From NCBI GenBank assembly GCA_050298595.1, contig JBNKUM010000025.1, positions 1 to 28,864 on the forward strand: a DNA stretch of 28,864 nucleotides. Reading direction: 5' to 3'. The DNA is from Gammaproteobacteria bacterium. GTDB lineage: Bacteria; Pseudomonadota; Gammaproteobacteria; GCA-001735895. This document shows positions 1-9,503 of this stretch, in pieces; positions within the stretch are counted from its first letter, which is position 1; each line of letters starts with the position of its first letter. The position numbers and the translations under genes were made by a program. Below the pieces are notes generated by a model. That model was not told where the DNA came from. It searched no databases and was given only the letters and a program-made list of their open reading frames with translations.

Positions 1-16
1 AGGTGTTAATTTTCTG

Positions 17-2326
17 TTGATCCTGACCATTGTCCTTTCACTTTCCGCCTGTGGTAAAAGTAGCAATGATGGAAGTTCTAATTCGACGCCAACGCCCACT
101 GAGGATGTTTCTAAAGCGGTCAGTCTACAGGCCGATGCCAATAGTGATTCGGTGACGCTAAGCTGGTCCCTGACTAGCATTAATCCCAGTTCACAGGAGA
201 TATTGCGTGACAGCGATCCTGATCCGACGGGTAGCATTAGCATCAGTTCAGTGGATAAAGATAAGGTCGAATTCATCGATAAAAACGTGATAGCTGGTGA
301 GACCTATTATTACTGGGTCAAAGTGACGGATGCTGATTCGAGTGTAATCCTCTCTCAGGTGGTATGGGTTATGGTTGAGAGTGGCTCATCGGGCACTGCA
401 CCGACTCCTGTACCGAATCCCAATCCGGTTCCAACACAGGTACCAACTCAGGTACCAACACAGGTACCAACACAGGTCCCAACACAGGTCCCAACACAGG
501 TCCCAACACAGGTCCCAACACAGGTCCCAACACAGGTCCCAACACAGGTCCCAACACAGGTCCCAACTCAAGTACCTACTTCGACTCCAACACTTAATCC
601 TGGTACTGAGGAGGCAATAAACGTAATTGATGACAGTACCTATGACGGCGATATTCCATTGTCACAGAAGGTTATCGGTGACACGTCTGCCAGTTTGCAA
701 ACCAACGCTAATCCTTTTGAGAATGCATACTTTTACCTAAGCCCAGACGTTAAAACGATGATGAACTACTCTCTAAATATCGTTGAAGCAGATAACGATA
801 CAGAGATGGTAAATAAAATTAAATACGTGCAGCGCCAGCCAAGCGCCATCTGGATGGATTCAACAGAGACCATTTATGGAGTCCCTGGTACAGGCCGTAC
901 CTCCTTAGTTGGCCACCTTGATGCAGCACTGGCTCAGCAGCAATACTATGCCGATAAAAACGGCGGTAAAATAGCGCCTATGACGGTTGTGGTTATTGTC
1001 TATAATCTGCCTGATCGTGATTGTGCAGCTTTTGCTTCAAACGGAAAGTTGATCCAGGTTGGTAACCCAAAAGATTACAAAATCAATGCAAATGGCGACG
1101 GATTAGCAAAATATAAACAGGAGTATATTGGACCTATTGCGGAAATTTTTGACGATCCTAAATATCGCAATTTACGTATCGTAGCCCTGTTGGAACCCGA
1201 CTCGTTTCCTAATATGATTACCAATACAGCTGAGTCGGGCACCAGTGAGACTGCGAATACCAGCCTGAATCCGGATAATAACGCATCCCTGGCAAGCGGT
1301 GGTTACTGCGACCGTATTTTGAACTACGATGGGGAAGATTCTACTGTAAGCGGTGAAGGAGGTTCGACCGGCAAGCCGTCATTAGGCCTTTATGCTGCCG
1401 GGCTTCGTCATGCTATTAACGCTTTTGCTAAAATTCCAAATGTTTATACCTATATGGATATAGGTCATGCAGGCTGGTTGGGTTGGGATAAGACCGAGCA
1501 AAACAGTGAATCAAACATGAAGAATGGTGTTAAATTTTTCAAGCAACTGGTCGATGGGGCTGATGGCGCCGTGGATGGTAAAGGCCTCGATATGATTCGC
1601 GGCTTTGCTTCCAATACCTCTGGTTACACTCCGGTAGATGAGCCAAAGATTTCCGGTGGCCTCGATAATCTGCCTGCCTTGATGCAAAGTGGTGGTGAAA
1701 AATTCTATGCATGGAATCCAGCGGTTGATGAATTAACCTATATAAAAATGCTGCAAGGTTACTTCACCTCAACTGGCCCATTGATTGGCGATACCGCTTT
1801 TGATTCAAATAAACTTGGTTTCATCATTGATACCGCGAGAAATGGATGGGGAGCTCCTAATCGTCCAACACCTGCTAATAGCACTAAAAGTACGGATGCT
1901 TCTGATGCTAATCGCGTTGATAAACGAGTGCATCGTGGCCATTGGTGTAATATAAATAAGGCCGGTGTTGGCGAGCCTCCCAAGGCAAAACCATCATCAG
2001 CACACCCCTACCTGGATGCATTCTTCTGGATGAAACCACCTGGTGAGTCTGATGGTATCTCTTTCAAAGTTAGTGATTATCTGCCTGGTAGTGCCGCGTA
2101 TAACAACCTGAATCCGATTGACAAAGCCATTGTTGACCAGGCGAATGATCCTGTTTACGCGGGTAAGTCATTGGATACCATGTGTATTCCGGGTGAAAAT
2201 CGCGAAAATGTTACCGTCGATGTTGTACCTGCAATGGCCCCACATGCCGGCGCATGGTTCCATAATCAATTCTTGATGTTGATTAAAAACGCTTACCCCC
2301 CACTTGGGGAAAGTGATTTTGATTAA
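17..2326 (+). CDS. Lipoprotein GH6 cellulase (cellobiohydrolase-like): lipobox, FN3-like domain, Pro/Thr linker, GH6 catalytic domain; true start probably upstream of the window
   Basis: LSAC lipobox; FN3-like segment (VTLSW...QEILRDSD...TYYYWVK); GH6 motifs [56 protein letters not shown]. The frame stays open back to base 2 (GVNFLLILT...). Confidence 0.93.
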   Translation: MILTIVLSLSACGKSSNDGSSNSTPTPTEDVSKAVSLQADANSDSVTLSWSLTSINPSSQEILRDSDPDPTGSISISSVDKDKVEFIDKNVIAGETYYYWVKVTDADSSVILSQVVWVMVESGSSGTAPTPVPNPNPVPTQVPTQVPTQVPTQVPTQVPTQVPTQVPTQVPTQVPTQVPTQVPTQVPTSTPTLNPGTEEAINVIDDSTYDGDIPLSQKVIGDTSASLQTNANPFENAYFYLSPDVKTMMNYSLNIVEADNDTEMVNKIKYVQRQPSAIWMDSTETIYGVPGTGRTSLVGHLDAALAQQQYYADKNGGKIAPMTVVVIVYNLPDRDCAAFASNGKLIQVGNPKDYKINANGDGLAKYKQEYIGPIAEIFDDPKYRNLRIVALLEPDSFPNMITNTAESGTSETANTSLNPDNNASLASGGYCDRILNYDGEDSTVSGEGGSTGKPSLGLYAAGLRHAINAFAKIPNVYTYMDIGHAGWLGWDKTEQNSESNMKNGVKFFKQLVDGADGAVDGKGLDMIRGFASNTSGYTPVDEPKISGGLDNLPALMQSGGEKFYAWNPAVDELTYIKMLQGYFTSTGPLIGDTAFDSNKLGFIIDTARNGWGAPNRPTPANSTKSTDASDANRVDKRVHRGHWCNINKAGVGEPPKAKPSSAHPYLDAFFWMKPPGESDGISFKVSDYLPGSAAYNNLNPIDKAIVDQANDPVYAGKSLDTMCIPGENRENVTVDVVPAMAPHAGAWFHNQFLMLIKNAYPPLGESDFD
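431..574 (+). repeat. 12 tandem copies of a 12-bp unit (CCAACACAGGTM) encoding a PTQV linker
   Basis: Counted directly: 12 in-frame units, the 8 from 467-562 identical, no spacers. Confidence 0.97.
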
Positions 2327-2350
2327 ATTAGTTTAAAACCCACCCCATTT

Positions 2351-2376
2351 AGCCCGCCCTTTGGCGGGTTTTTTTT
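2351..2376 (+). terminator. Rho-independent terminator of the GH6 gene
   Basis: CCCGCC-CTTT-GGCGGG hairpin followed by 8 T, about 25 bp after the stop codon. Confidence 0.9.
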
Positions 2377-2898
2377 GATGAATATAATGGTCAGTGGAAG
2401 CGGTCAACTGCTGAATCCAGGTTTAAGCAAAACACATTTGTTTGGGGTAGTCAGTACCCGAGCTGGATAAGCTCCTTGAGCGCTTCCGAACAGGCGGCAG
2501 AAATTGAAGAATGGATTAGTGATTTTTGCGCTCTCTACCCTGATATCGATTTCATTGATGTGGTTAACGAAACGACTCCAGGTCATGCGCCAGTAAATTT
2601 TGAAAAAAGTGCATTTGTAAATGACTGGATAATCAAATCCTTTCAATTAGCACGTAAATATTGTCCTTATGCAACATTGATATTATTTGATTGCAACGTA
2701 CTGAGCTGGGATATCGATAAATCCATGGTCCTGGCCAGGCCGGTGATAAACGCAGCTGTTGTTGATGGTATTGGATTGCAGGTGCACGGGCTTGAGGGGC
2801 GGAGTGTCCCAGAGCTTAAATCGAAGTTAGATAAACTGGTTACACTGGGTCTGCCGATGTATATCTCCGAATATGACGTTGCTAAATTAGAAACCTAA
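2377..2898 (+). pseudogene. GH10 endo-xylanase remnant (internal fragment)
   Basis: In frame from 2422: FKQNTFVWGSQYPSW, IDVVNE (acid/base Glu), DGIGLQxH, YISEYDV (nucleophile Glu). No signal peptide, no credible start, and it stops just after the nucleophile strand. Confidence 0.85.
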
Positions 2899-3027
2899 TC
2901 CTGGAATGGGAATACTCTATCAACAATAAGGTGAAAAAATTATTCCCACGCTTACATGGTGCCATATATCTTACAGGGCTATCTTGTAGCAGGGTGCCTT
3001 AGAAAGGGGCAATACTTTGGTCCTTGA

Positions 3028-5352
3028 TTATGCTGGTTTTTTTAGACGATAAATAAAAACCCCGTCTGGGTGTTGAAATACAGTATCCATAAAGTTGCTG
3101 AATTTTTTTAAATTATTACTCGCGTATTTTTGACGCTCCAATGTTCCTACAAATACAAAAGTAATGTTGTATTTTTCAATCAAGGTACGTGTCAGTTCAA
3201 TATCGCCTGACCCATACAAAGCATCAATGTCCGGAATCCGTTTACTGGGTTCATCATAATTACCGCGCCATTGTAACTCATGACCGGCCCATCCAAGCAC
3301 TGTAGTAAGCCCGGTAAAAGTGGAAACCCGTGCAAAATCTGAATATTGTCCACCGGTAGCTTCGAGTACTACAGGATTTCCCTTCGCATTATTACGCAAC
3401 CATTCAATCCCTTCCCTATCCGCTGAATATCTATGGCGCAAATATGCTGAACCATCCAAGGTGGGCTGATTGGAGAAATGACTGGTTTTTATCATCACAG
3501 ACACAGAGGGATAAACCACTGAAGCTGCAATCAATAGTATCAGCTGCAGTAAACACGCAAGCTTTAAATTGCGATGGAACATCGAGTAATGAAATACCCA
3601 GTACATACCATAAATCCCAGCAATCCCCATTAAAAACCATGTGATGTAGAAAAACTTAAACACCGTATTCATGCGATCAAGAGGAGGATTAAATGAATCC
3701 TTTACATGCAGAAACTCACATCCGAAAACTAAAAGCCCAGCGGTAAGCAACAAGATTAAAATAAATACAGTTTCTGGTTTATCTATTTTTGCTGCCAATA
3801 AGAAAAAAATACAAACCACAAATAGTAGCGAGAGCGCAAATAAAACTGGCAGCGGATTTGTTTCAGAACCCAAAAAATAGATTTTTAAAATTACCAGTAA
3901 AATAATCGAGCTTAAAATCCCCAGAGTAATCACAGCAAGTAGCCGCCCAATTCCTTTTTTTATTGATGTTATTGGCTGAAGAAAAAACTTGAAAAGTTCC
4001 AAAATCCAGACAGGCAGTTGGCTAGCCCGCTGTGTGAGTAGCTCGACTGTGGCCGACGATTTTGTTTGTGCGGATTGCTTTTGAGATACAGATAAAATCG
4101 CAACAAACCAGGCGTGGTAACGTGCCATTACAAACGTCATAACCATAAAAGTGAATAATCCGAAAATCAACAAAAAATCACTCAGGCGAGTATTCTGCGT
4201 TGTCCAGGCAATCCCCCTGGCTTGACTATGAAAGTTCATGTAAAAAGGCAAATAGGGAACAATCATAAATATCAGCATCACTACCAGTACCTGACCCATA
4301 TTCTTCCAGGGATATGTTTTCCAACCTGTGCGCTGTCGATATTGTTGGAGAAATATACTTAGTATTGCAATAAAAAAAACAGAGGGCAGGTCCCAGCTGT
4401 TTATAAAACCTAGCGATCCGATGACGAGACCCCATAACGAAAATCGAGCCAATTTTTCTGGCGTTTTGATCGAAATATCATGAGTCGTAATCAAGAGATG
4501 ATTTAACCCCATACCCAGACCAATCATAATAAAAGGCACCGCCATCATATGCGGATGCATATCACCTAATAAGAAAGAGAAGAATGGAAATTCATTAATT
4601 GTATCTGGCACAATGCGAGAAGAGGCCCACCAATTTAAATCCCAGATCGACTTGATGTTTAAAAGCTGCTTGAACCCATCCAGATTGCCCAGCATAAAGA
4701 TGGCTACCCAGCCTCCAAATGCATATTTCAAACGCCGTGTCAGGTTATACAGCATGGTAAAAACGCCAATCCCGGAAAGCGCAAAAAGCATAGCAAGAGA
4801 TAAGTTAAATCCAACTGCAGGCGCTATCTGCGAAAGCTTTAGTAGTATGGCCATCAAAAAATAGCCAAAATAATAATAGCTGATTGAAAAATCGCCTGAC
4901 ATCCAGGGATCATAAGGCGGCAGTGAAGTTGCGCGGGAGATTGCATTTAAAAATGCCATCTCCATAAACTTTTCTGATCCTGCAATATCCGGGTTGTACA
5001 TACGGAAAAAAGCAAACAGTATAAATAGGAAAACAAAAAATAATTCAATAATCAGGATATATCTTTTTTGTTTTACGAGCAGACAGATGATTTCTTCTTT
5101 AGCTTTCATCCACAGCCAAAGTGAGAACCAAAAAACCAGGGTGATCGAGATAAGTATAGTTAGATTAGAAAAATGTAAAAATCCAGTTAACCATGTCAAT
5201 AAGCCGACGAGAAGCAATCCCAGTGGTTTAGAAAAGCCATATCCTCTATCTGGTAAAAAATTAAAAACTTTTATGCTAATTGGTAAAGCGATAACGCCAA
5301 AAATACTGATCAAAGCCCACCAAACAAAAATGTTAATCAAAAGGAAGTGCAC
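3028..5352 (-). CDS. DUF2298 / Chlor_Arch_YYY polytopic membrane protein (putative GT-C-type glycosyltransferase), copy 1
   Basis: 774 aa with many TM segments; EKFME, PPYDPW, YYYFG, INEFP, LGDMHPH, NSWD, RMNTVFKF, LGWAGHE; soluble C-terminal domain. Confidence 0.88.
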   Translation of the reverse strand: MHFLLINIFVWWALISIFGVIALPISIKVFNFLPDRGYGFSKPLGLLLVGLLTWLTGFLHFSNLTILISITLVFWFSLWLWMKAKEEIICLLVKQKRYILIIELFFVFLFILFAFFRMYNPDIAGSEKFMEMAFLNAISRATSLPPYDPWMSGDFSISYYYFGYFLMAILLKLSQIAPAVGFNLSLAMLFALSGIGVFTMLYNLTRRLKYAFGGWVAIFMLGNLDGFKQLLNIKSIWDLNWWASSRIVPDTINEFPFFSFLLGDMHPHMMAVPFIMIGLGMGLNHLLITTHDISIKTPEKLARFSLWGLVIGSLGFINSWDLPSVFFIAILSIFLQQYRQRTGWKTYPWKNMGQVLVVMLIFMIVPYLPFYMNFHSQARGIAWTTQNTRLSDFLLIFGLFTFMVMTFVMARYHAWFVAILSVSQKQSAQTKSSATVELLTQRASQLPVWILELFKFFLQPITSIKKGIGRLLAVITLGILSSIILLVILKIYFLGSETNPLPVLFALSLLFVVCIFFLLAAKIDKPETVFILILLLTAGLLVFGCEFLHVKDSFNPPLDRMNTVFKFFYITWFLMGIAGIYGMYWVFHYSMFHRNLKLACLLQLILLIAASVVYPSVSVMIKTSHFSNQPTLDGSAYLRHRYSADREGIEWLRNNAKGNPVVLEATGGQYSDFARVSTFTGLTTVLGWAGHELQWRGNYDEPSKRIPDIDALYGSGDIELTRTLIEKYNITFVFVGTLERQKYASNNLKKFSNFMDTVFQHPDGVFIYRLKKPA

Positions 5353-5382
5353 TATGCTACAAGTGATTTAGGATGCCTTAAT

Positions 5383-6717
5383 TTACACACCATGAACTCC
5401 AGTAATCATCTTCGCAATATTTTTTCCAATGCGTCTTCCCTCTCGAATAGCATAGTTAGTCCCTCGGTCCTCTGGATAAATTTGCGCCATTGAGCAAATA
5501 TGAAAGCCTTCTAAAGGGCCATCTTCTTGAGGAATGAGTTTGCTGTAATGTTTTTCGACTACAGGCTGTGACCAACGAGCTCGCCACAGGTGATATTTTT
5601 GTATCCATTTTCTATCGAACTCGGGGAACATTTTCTTTAAAAATGGAAATGCAAAATCGAGAAAATCATCCGCATTCATCGAGTAAAGTCGATCTGTGTG
5701 GGGCAGATATTTTGAAAGATAGACGATGTGACGGCCTCCATACGTCTCAGGTCGTTCAAAATTGGTGTGCTCAATGACACCGACAAAAGGGAAGCTAGGA
5801 TCATTAACGTTCAGCCAGTAGGTTTTGGAAAGAGAGCGGTCAAGCTCCAGCACCAGGCAGACATTACCGATGTATTGAATGCGCCTCAGGTCAGTCAGGT
5901 ACTGCTCAGGTGCCCAGCCCTCAATCAAGTCAGCTATCAGAGGCAGCGCCGTGGTGATGACAACACGGCTTGAGGAAAAGGCACCTTTCTCAGTCTCCAC
6001 CATCCAGCTATCGTCGATATTTTGTACCTTCGTTACCGGTGTATTCAGTTCGATACGCCCCCCCAATTCACGAATCTTATTTGCAAGCGATTCCGCAAGG
6101 GCTACAAAGCCTCCATTGAAGTATGCCAGGCGTTCTTCTCCACCTTTTCCGCGACTACCGCCTCGTAACTTTAGCTTGTTCCAGAACCAGACAGCGGAAA
6201 CTTCTTCAGCATAGGGACCAAACTTTCCTTTTAGTAATGGTTGCCATACAACACGATAAACATTTTCTCCGCCCAACTCTTTTAACCACTCGTGGGCAGT
6301 CTTGTTTTCGAGCAGCTTCCAGTCTTTCACGCGCCTCGCTCGTAAAGCCAAAAGGCCAAGACGTATGCGATCAAAAAAACTTAGCGGGGTAAAATTCAGC
6401 AAATCCCAGGGGGTGGAAAGCTTAAAAAAATTATTAGCGTAATAAACTCCAGTATTTGTAGAATGCACTTTAACATGGTGACTCAGGCCCAGCTCATCTA
6501 TCAGCCCCATGACCTCAAGGTCATTGGTAAACCAGTGATGATAGAAACGGTCGAGTTTCTCGCCGCCAACATCGAACGCAGCTGCAAGTCCACCGATTTC
6601 AGACTCGGCTTCGAGAACAGTAACGGTGATATTCTTTTTTAGTAATTCGTAAGCAGCCGTCAAGCCAGTAAAGCCACCACCTACAATCGTGACCTGTGAT
6701 TTATGTGCTTGTTTCAT
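5383..6717 (-). CDS. FAD-dependent oxidoreductase (amine oxidase/HemY-like superfamily, glycosylation-cluster type)
   Basis: GGGFTGL dinucleotide-binding motif, E...GGL, FYHH, YPEDRGTN. Start reassigned to MKQAHK (ATG at 6717), overlapping the upstream gene by 17 bp. Confidence 0.85.
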   Translation of the reverse strand: MKQAHKSQVTIVGGGFTGLTAAYELLKKNITVTVLEAESEIGGLAAAFDVGGEKLDRFYHHWFTNDLEVMGLIDELGLSHHVKVHSTNTGVYYANNFFKLSTPWDLLNFTPLSFFDRIRLGLLALRARRVKDWKLLENKTAHEWLKELGGENVYRVVWQPLLKGKFGPYAEEVSAVWFWNKLKLRGGSRGKGGEERLAYFNGGFVALAESLANKIRELGGRIELNTPVTKVQNIDDSWMVETEKGAFSSSRVVITTALPLIADLIEGWAPEQYLTDLRRIQYIGNVCLVLELDRSLSKTYWLNVNDPSFPFVGVIEHTNFERPETYGGRHIVYLSKYLPHTDRLYSMNADDFLDFAFPFLKKMFPEFDRKWIQKYHLWRARWSQPVVEKHYSKLIPQEDGPLEGFHICSMAQIYPEDRGTNYAIREGRRIGKNIAKMITGVHGV

Positions 6718-7699
6718 TATAAATCGCCTTAAGCTTCTGCTTCTGTTTGATAGGATTGAACATAAGGTAAAGCCCTCCCGCAATCGATGGGGGGAGCCAC
6801 AGTACGGCATGTACCAGAAACGCGAATGCAGCTGAACCAGCAGCAGCATTTCCAAGCCCAGTCATCGCCTGGGCTGTAAAGTAGTCGAAAGTTCCAACAT
6901 ATCCTGGAGTGCTGGGTATCACTGTCGCGAGCGTCCCAACAGACAGGGCAAGCCACGCTGCAAGATGATTGGAAATCGAAGGAAGAGAAAGAGCTACTAG
7001 CCAAAATACAAATCCTTCTGCTATCCAGGCGAGCATTGACCAGAGAATCAATCTAAGCATTGTGTGACCCTTCGACGTATGCTCCAGGGCCGCAAAGATT
7101 TTGTGAAATTCAGCGAGGGTTTTATTCCCGAATTTTGGCAAAAACCTTACGAAAAATTGGCCCAACCAAAATGCCATGGGCTTAAAAATAGATGGAAATA
7201 GAAGGAGGAAAAGGATGGCCAGGCCCGCCACGATAAGAAAGCCGCCACCGACGCCAACAAACCTGGAGGACTCCATGCCGAAGTAAGTGAGCGCAAGCCC
7301 CAGGAAGGATACTACCATCAGTAGATCGAGTAGTCTTTCAACAAAAAGCGAGGTGACGGAAGTTGCGGCGCTGATTCCGAGTCTTCGATTAAAGCCAAAA
7401 GCACGTAAGATGTCACCTGCTCTAAATGGCAAAACATTATTAACTGCAACACTTGCCATTAGTGGGCCTACGCAGTTTTTAAAACGCAAGTCTGGATTTT
7501 CATGGGTCAACATGAGGCGCCAACGCTCAATCCTGCATGAATAGCCCACAAAAAAAACAATAATGGCAAGCCCTAGTAAAGCTATGTTGGCTTCACTAAA
7601 TGCATGCTTTATTTCATCAAGGCTGAGTTGCCTGAAAATAAGCCAGAGAAATATTCCTGCCAGTATGAAGCCAAATGTAAGGCGAATTATTCTTTTCAT
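6701..7699 (-). CDS. UPF0104 / lysylphosphatidylglycerol synthase TM-domain protein (putative flippase)
   Basis: RxxRW, NNVLPFRAGDxxR, ERLLD, PSTPGYVGTFD motifs; multiple TM helices. Confidence 0.88.
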   Translation of the reverse strand: MKRIIRLTFGFILAGIFLWLIFRQLSLDEIKHAFSEANIALLGLAIIVFFVGYSCRIERWRLMLTHENPDLRFKNCVGPLMASVAVNNVLPFRAGDILRAFGFNRRLGISAATSVTSLFVERLLDLLMVVSFLGLALTYFGMESSRFVGVGGGFLIVAGLAILFLLLFPSIFKPMAFWLGQFFVRFLPKFGNKTLAEFHKIFAALEHTSKGHTMLRLILWSMLAWIAEGFVFWLVALSLPSISNHLAAWLALSVGTLATVIPSTPGYVGTFDYFTAQAMTGLGNAAAGSAAFAFLVHAVLWLPPSIAGGLYLMFNPIKQKQKLKAIYNETST

Positions 7700-8709
7700 A
7701 CTTTCGTTCTGTTAACGACAGGGCTACGGGAAAGGGCCGGAGCTTCATCGACAAATCCAATATATTCCTGGACTACATACAGCGGTCTTTTTTTGATTTC
7801 GTTGTAGATGCGGCCTACGTATTCACCAAGTATCCCGACACTGATAAGCTGAATACCACCGATAAACAGAATGGCGATCATTAAAGCAGTCCAACCTTCA
7901 ACCCAGATACTCGTAAAGATGCGCAGATAGAGCGCGTAAACAATACCGATGAGTGAAAGGGCTGCGGACACCATCCCAAGTCCAACGGACAACTGAAGAG
8001 GTTTTGTCGAAAAGGAGAGTATGCCGTCTGTCGCAAAGCGGAGCATTTTTCTTAAGGGGTATTTGGTCTCCCCGGCAAAACGTTCAGCTCTCCTATATGG
8101 CAAAGCTGTTTGCTTAAAACCTACCCAACTAACCATGCCGCGTACAAAACGATCACGTTCAGGCATAGCACGCAAAGTGTCAACTACTGCGCGACCCATC
8201 AAGCGGAAGTCGCCTGTATCCAATGGCATCTGGACATCAGAAAGCCTATTAAGTAGCCTGTAGAACCCGCGAGCAGTCGCTAACTTGAAAGCTGACTCCC
8301 CTGGTCGTTCAGTACGAGTTCCATAGATGACATCAAATCCTTCCCGCCACTTTGCTACCATTTTGTGAATGACTTCTGGAGGATCTTGAAGATCAGCATC
8401 GATCAATACAACTGCGTCACCATTAGCAGCATCAATTCCAGCAGTTACGGCAATTTGGTGGCCAAAATTTCGTGCGAATCCAATAATTCTGACTCGATTG
8501 TCTTCTGCCGCAAAAACTTTCAGATGATGGCGGGTACGGTCGTGACTTCCATCGTCGATAAATATCAATTCAACTTCTAGATTATCAAGCTCCTGACAAA
8601 ATATCTTTAACCGCTTGATAGTTTCTTCTATGACTTCTTCTTCGTTATAACAGGGAATCACTACTGAAAGAAGTGAATTATTTACACTTGTTTCTACTGC
8701 TGTACTCAT
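7696..8709 (-). CDS. GT2 polyprenol-phosphate glycosyltransferase (GtrB/YkoT/DPM1-like)
   Basis: VVIPCYNEE, DDGSHD, RNFGHQxA, DADLQDPP, GDFRLM, two C-terminal TM helices, GEYVGRIY...RPLY; ATGA overlap with the next gene. Confidence 0.92.
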   Translation of the reverse strand: MSTAVETSVNNSLLSVVIPCYNEEEVIEETIKRLKIFCQELDNLEVELIFIDDGSHDRTRHHLKVFAAEDNRVRIIGFARNFGHQIAVTAGIDAANGDAVVLIDADLQDPPEVIHKMVAKWREGFDVIYGTRTERPGESAFKLATARGFYRLLNRLSDVQMPLDTGDFRLMGRAVVDTLRAMPERDRFVRGMVSWVGFKQTALPYRRAERFAGETKYPLRKMLRFATDGILSFSTKPLQLSVGLGMVSAALSLIGIVYALYLRIFTSIWVEGWTALMIAILFIGGIQLISVGILGEYVGRIYNEIKKRPLYVVQEYIGFVDEAPALSRSPVVNRTKV

Positions 8710-9503
8710 TAATACACCCTGGAATTAAAAATAATATTTTGCATTTATTGCTTGTTAGCCATTCTAGTGCATCGGCTTTGTCTACGCGATAAAATGTAAC
8801 GATTTCACCTTTTAGAACCCATACTCTCAGTAATGCATATGGAGAATAATCGATACATTTCCTAAAATCCATTGGTATTGGAAAGTCGTTTACGCGGGTT
8901 ACACAGATATCGAGTTCTTCACCGCAATGAGTAGTACTTTTGCAACCAGAAGATGGTGAAGATTGGAAAGCTCAATACACCTATATTCCTGTGCGTGTAT
9001 GAAAAGACCGGTTTGGCGAAATATCCCATCTGAGTTTTTTATATCGATTTAAAAAGTGCGTAATCAAGTCTTGCAATCATGCATTTATCAAACATGAATA
9101 GATCACTGAGTAGACTATAGTTCACTATTCAATAGTAAGCTGAGCCATAAGAAAATTTGAAGAATAGAAAGCATGGTTTCAAGATCTGACCTTGTTTTTA
9201 CTATGGCTCCAATAAATTCTACTGACATGCTGTCAAGTATTGTTCTGTGATTACGTGGAAAGATTTCGTCTATTATCTATGCCTGCTTGAGCGCGGCTAT
9301 GGCTTAGTATTCAAGCAGGATAATCTATTTTAATTTCAAATAAATTTCCTGTCTTATAATCTCTAGTTTCGGTGTGTCTCGTCTTGTAGGTGAAGGTTGC
9401 GTTGGCACACTCTAAACCCGTATTAAACGTGAGGAAATTACTTTTTATATGCCCTATACCTACTTTATAATCTTATACTTACAAATTTTATTGGAAAAAA
9501 GAT

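Noticed and set aside
431-574. CRISPR array, or the repetitive ORFs in other frames (GPVL, WDLC, QHRS repeats)
   Set aside because: The 12-bp units have no spacers and lie in frame within the GH6 linker; the other ORFs are shadows of the repeat.
5383-6717. hemY protoporphyrinogen oxidase
   Set aside because: Same superfamily only; there are no heme synthesis genes nearby and it is coupled to glycosylation genes.
6718-6855. 46-aa N-terminal extension of the oxidoreductase
   Set aside because: It lies wholly inside the flippase-like gene; the Rossmann motif starts right after MKQAHK.
9282-9319. CCTGCTTGA...TCAAGCAGG inverted repeat as a riboswitch or sRNA
   Set aside because: A real 9-bp dyad, but with no recognisable RNA motif or terminator tail; function unsupported.
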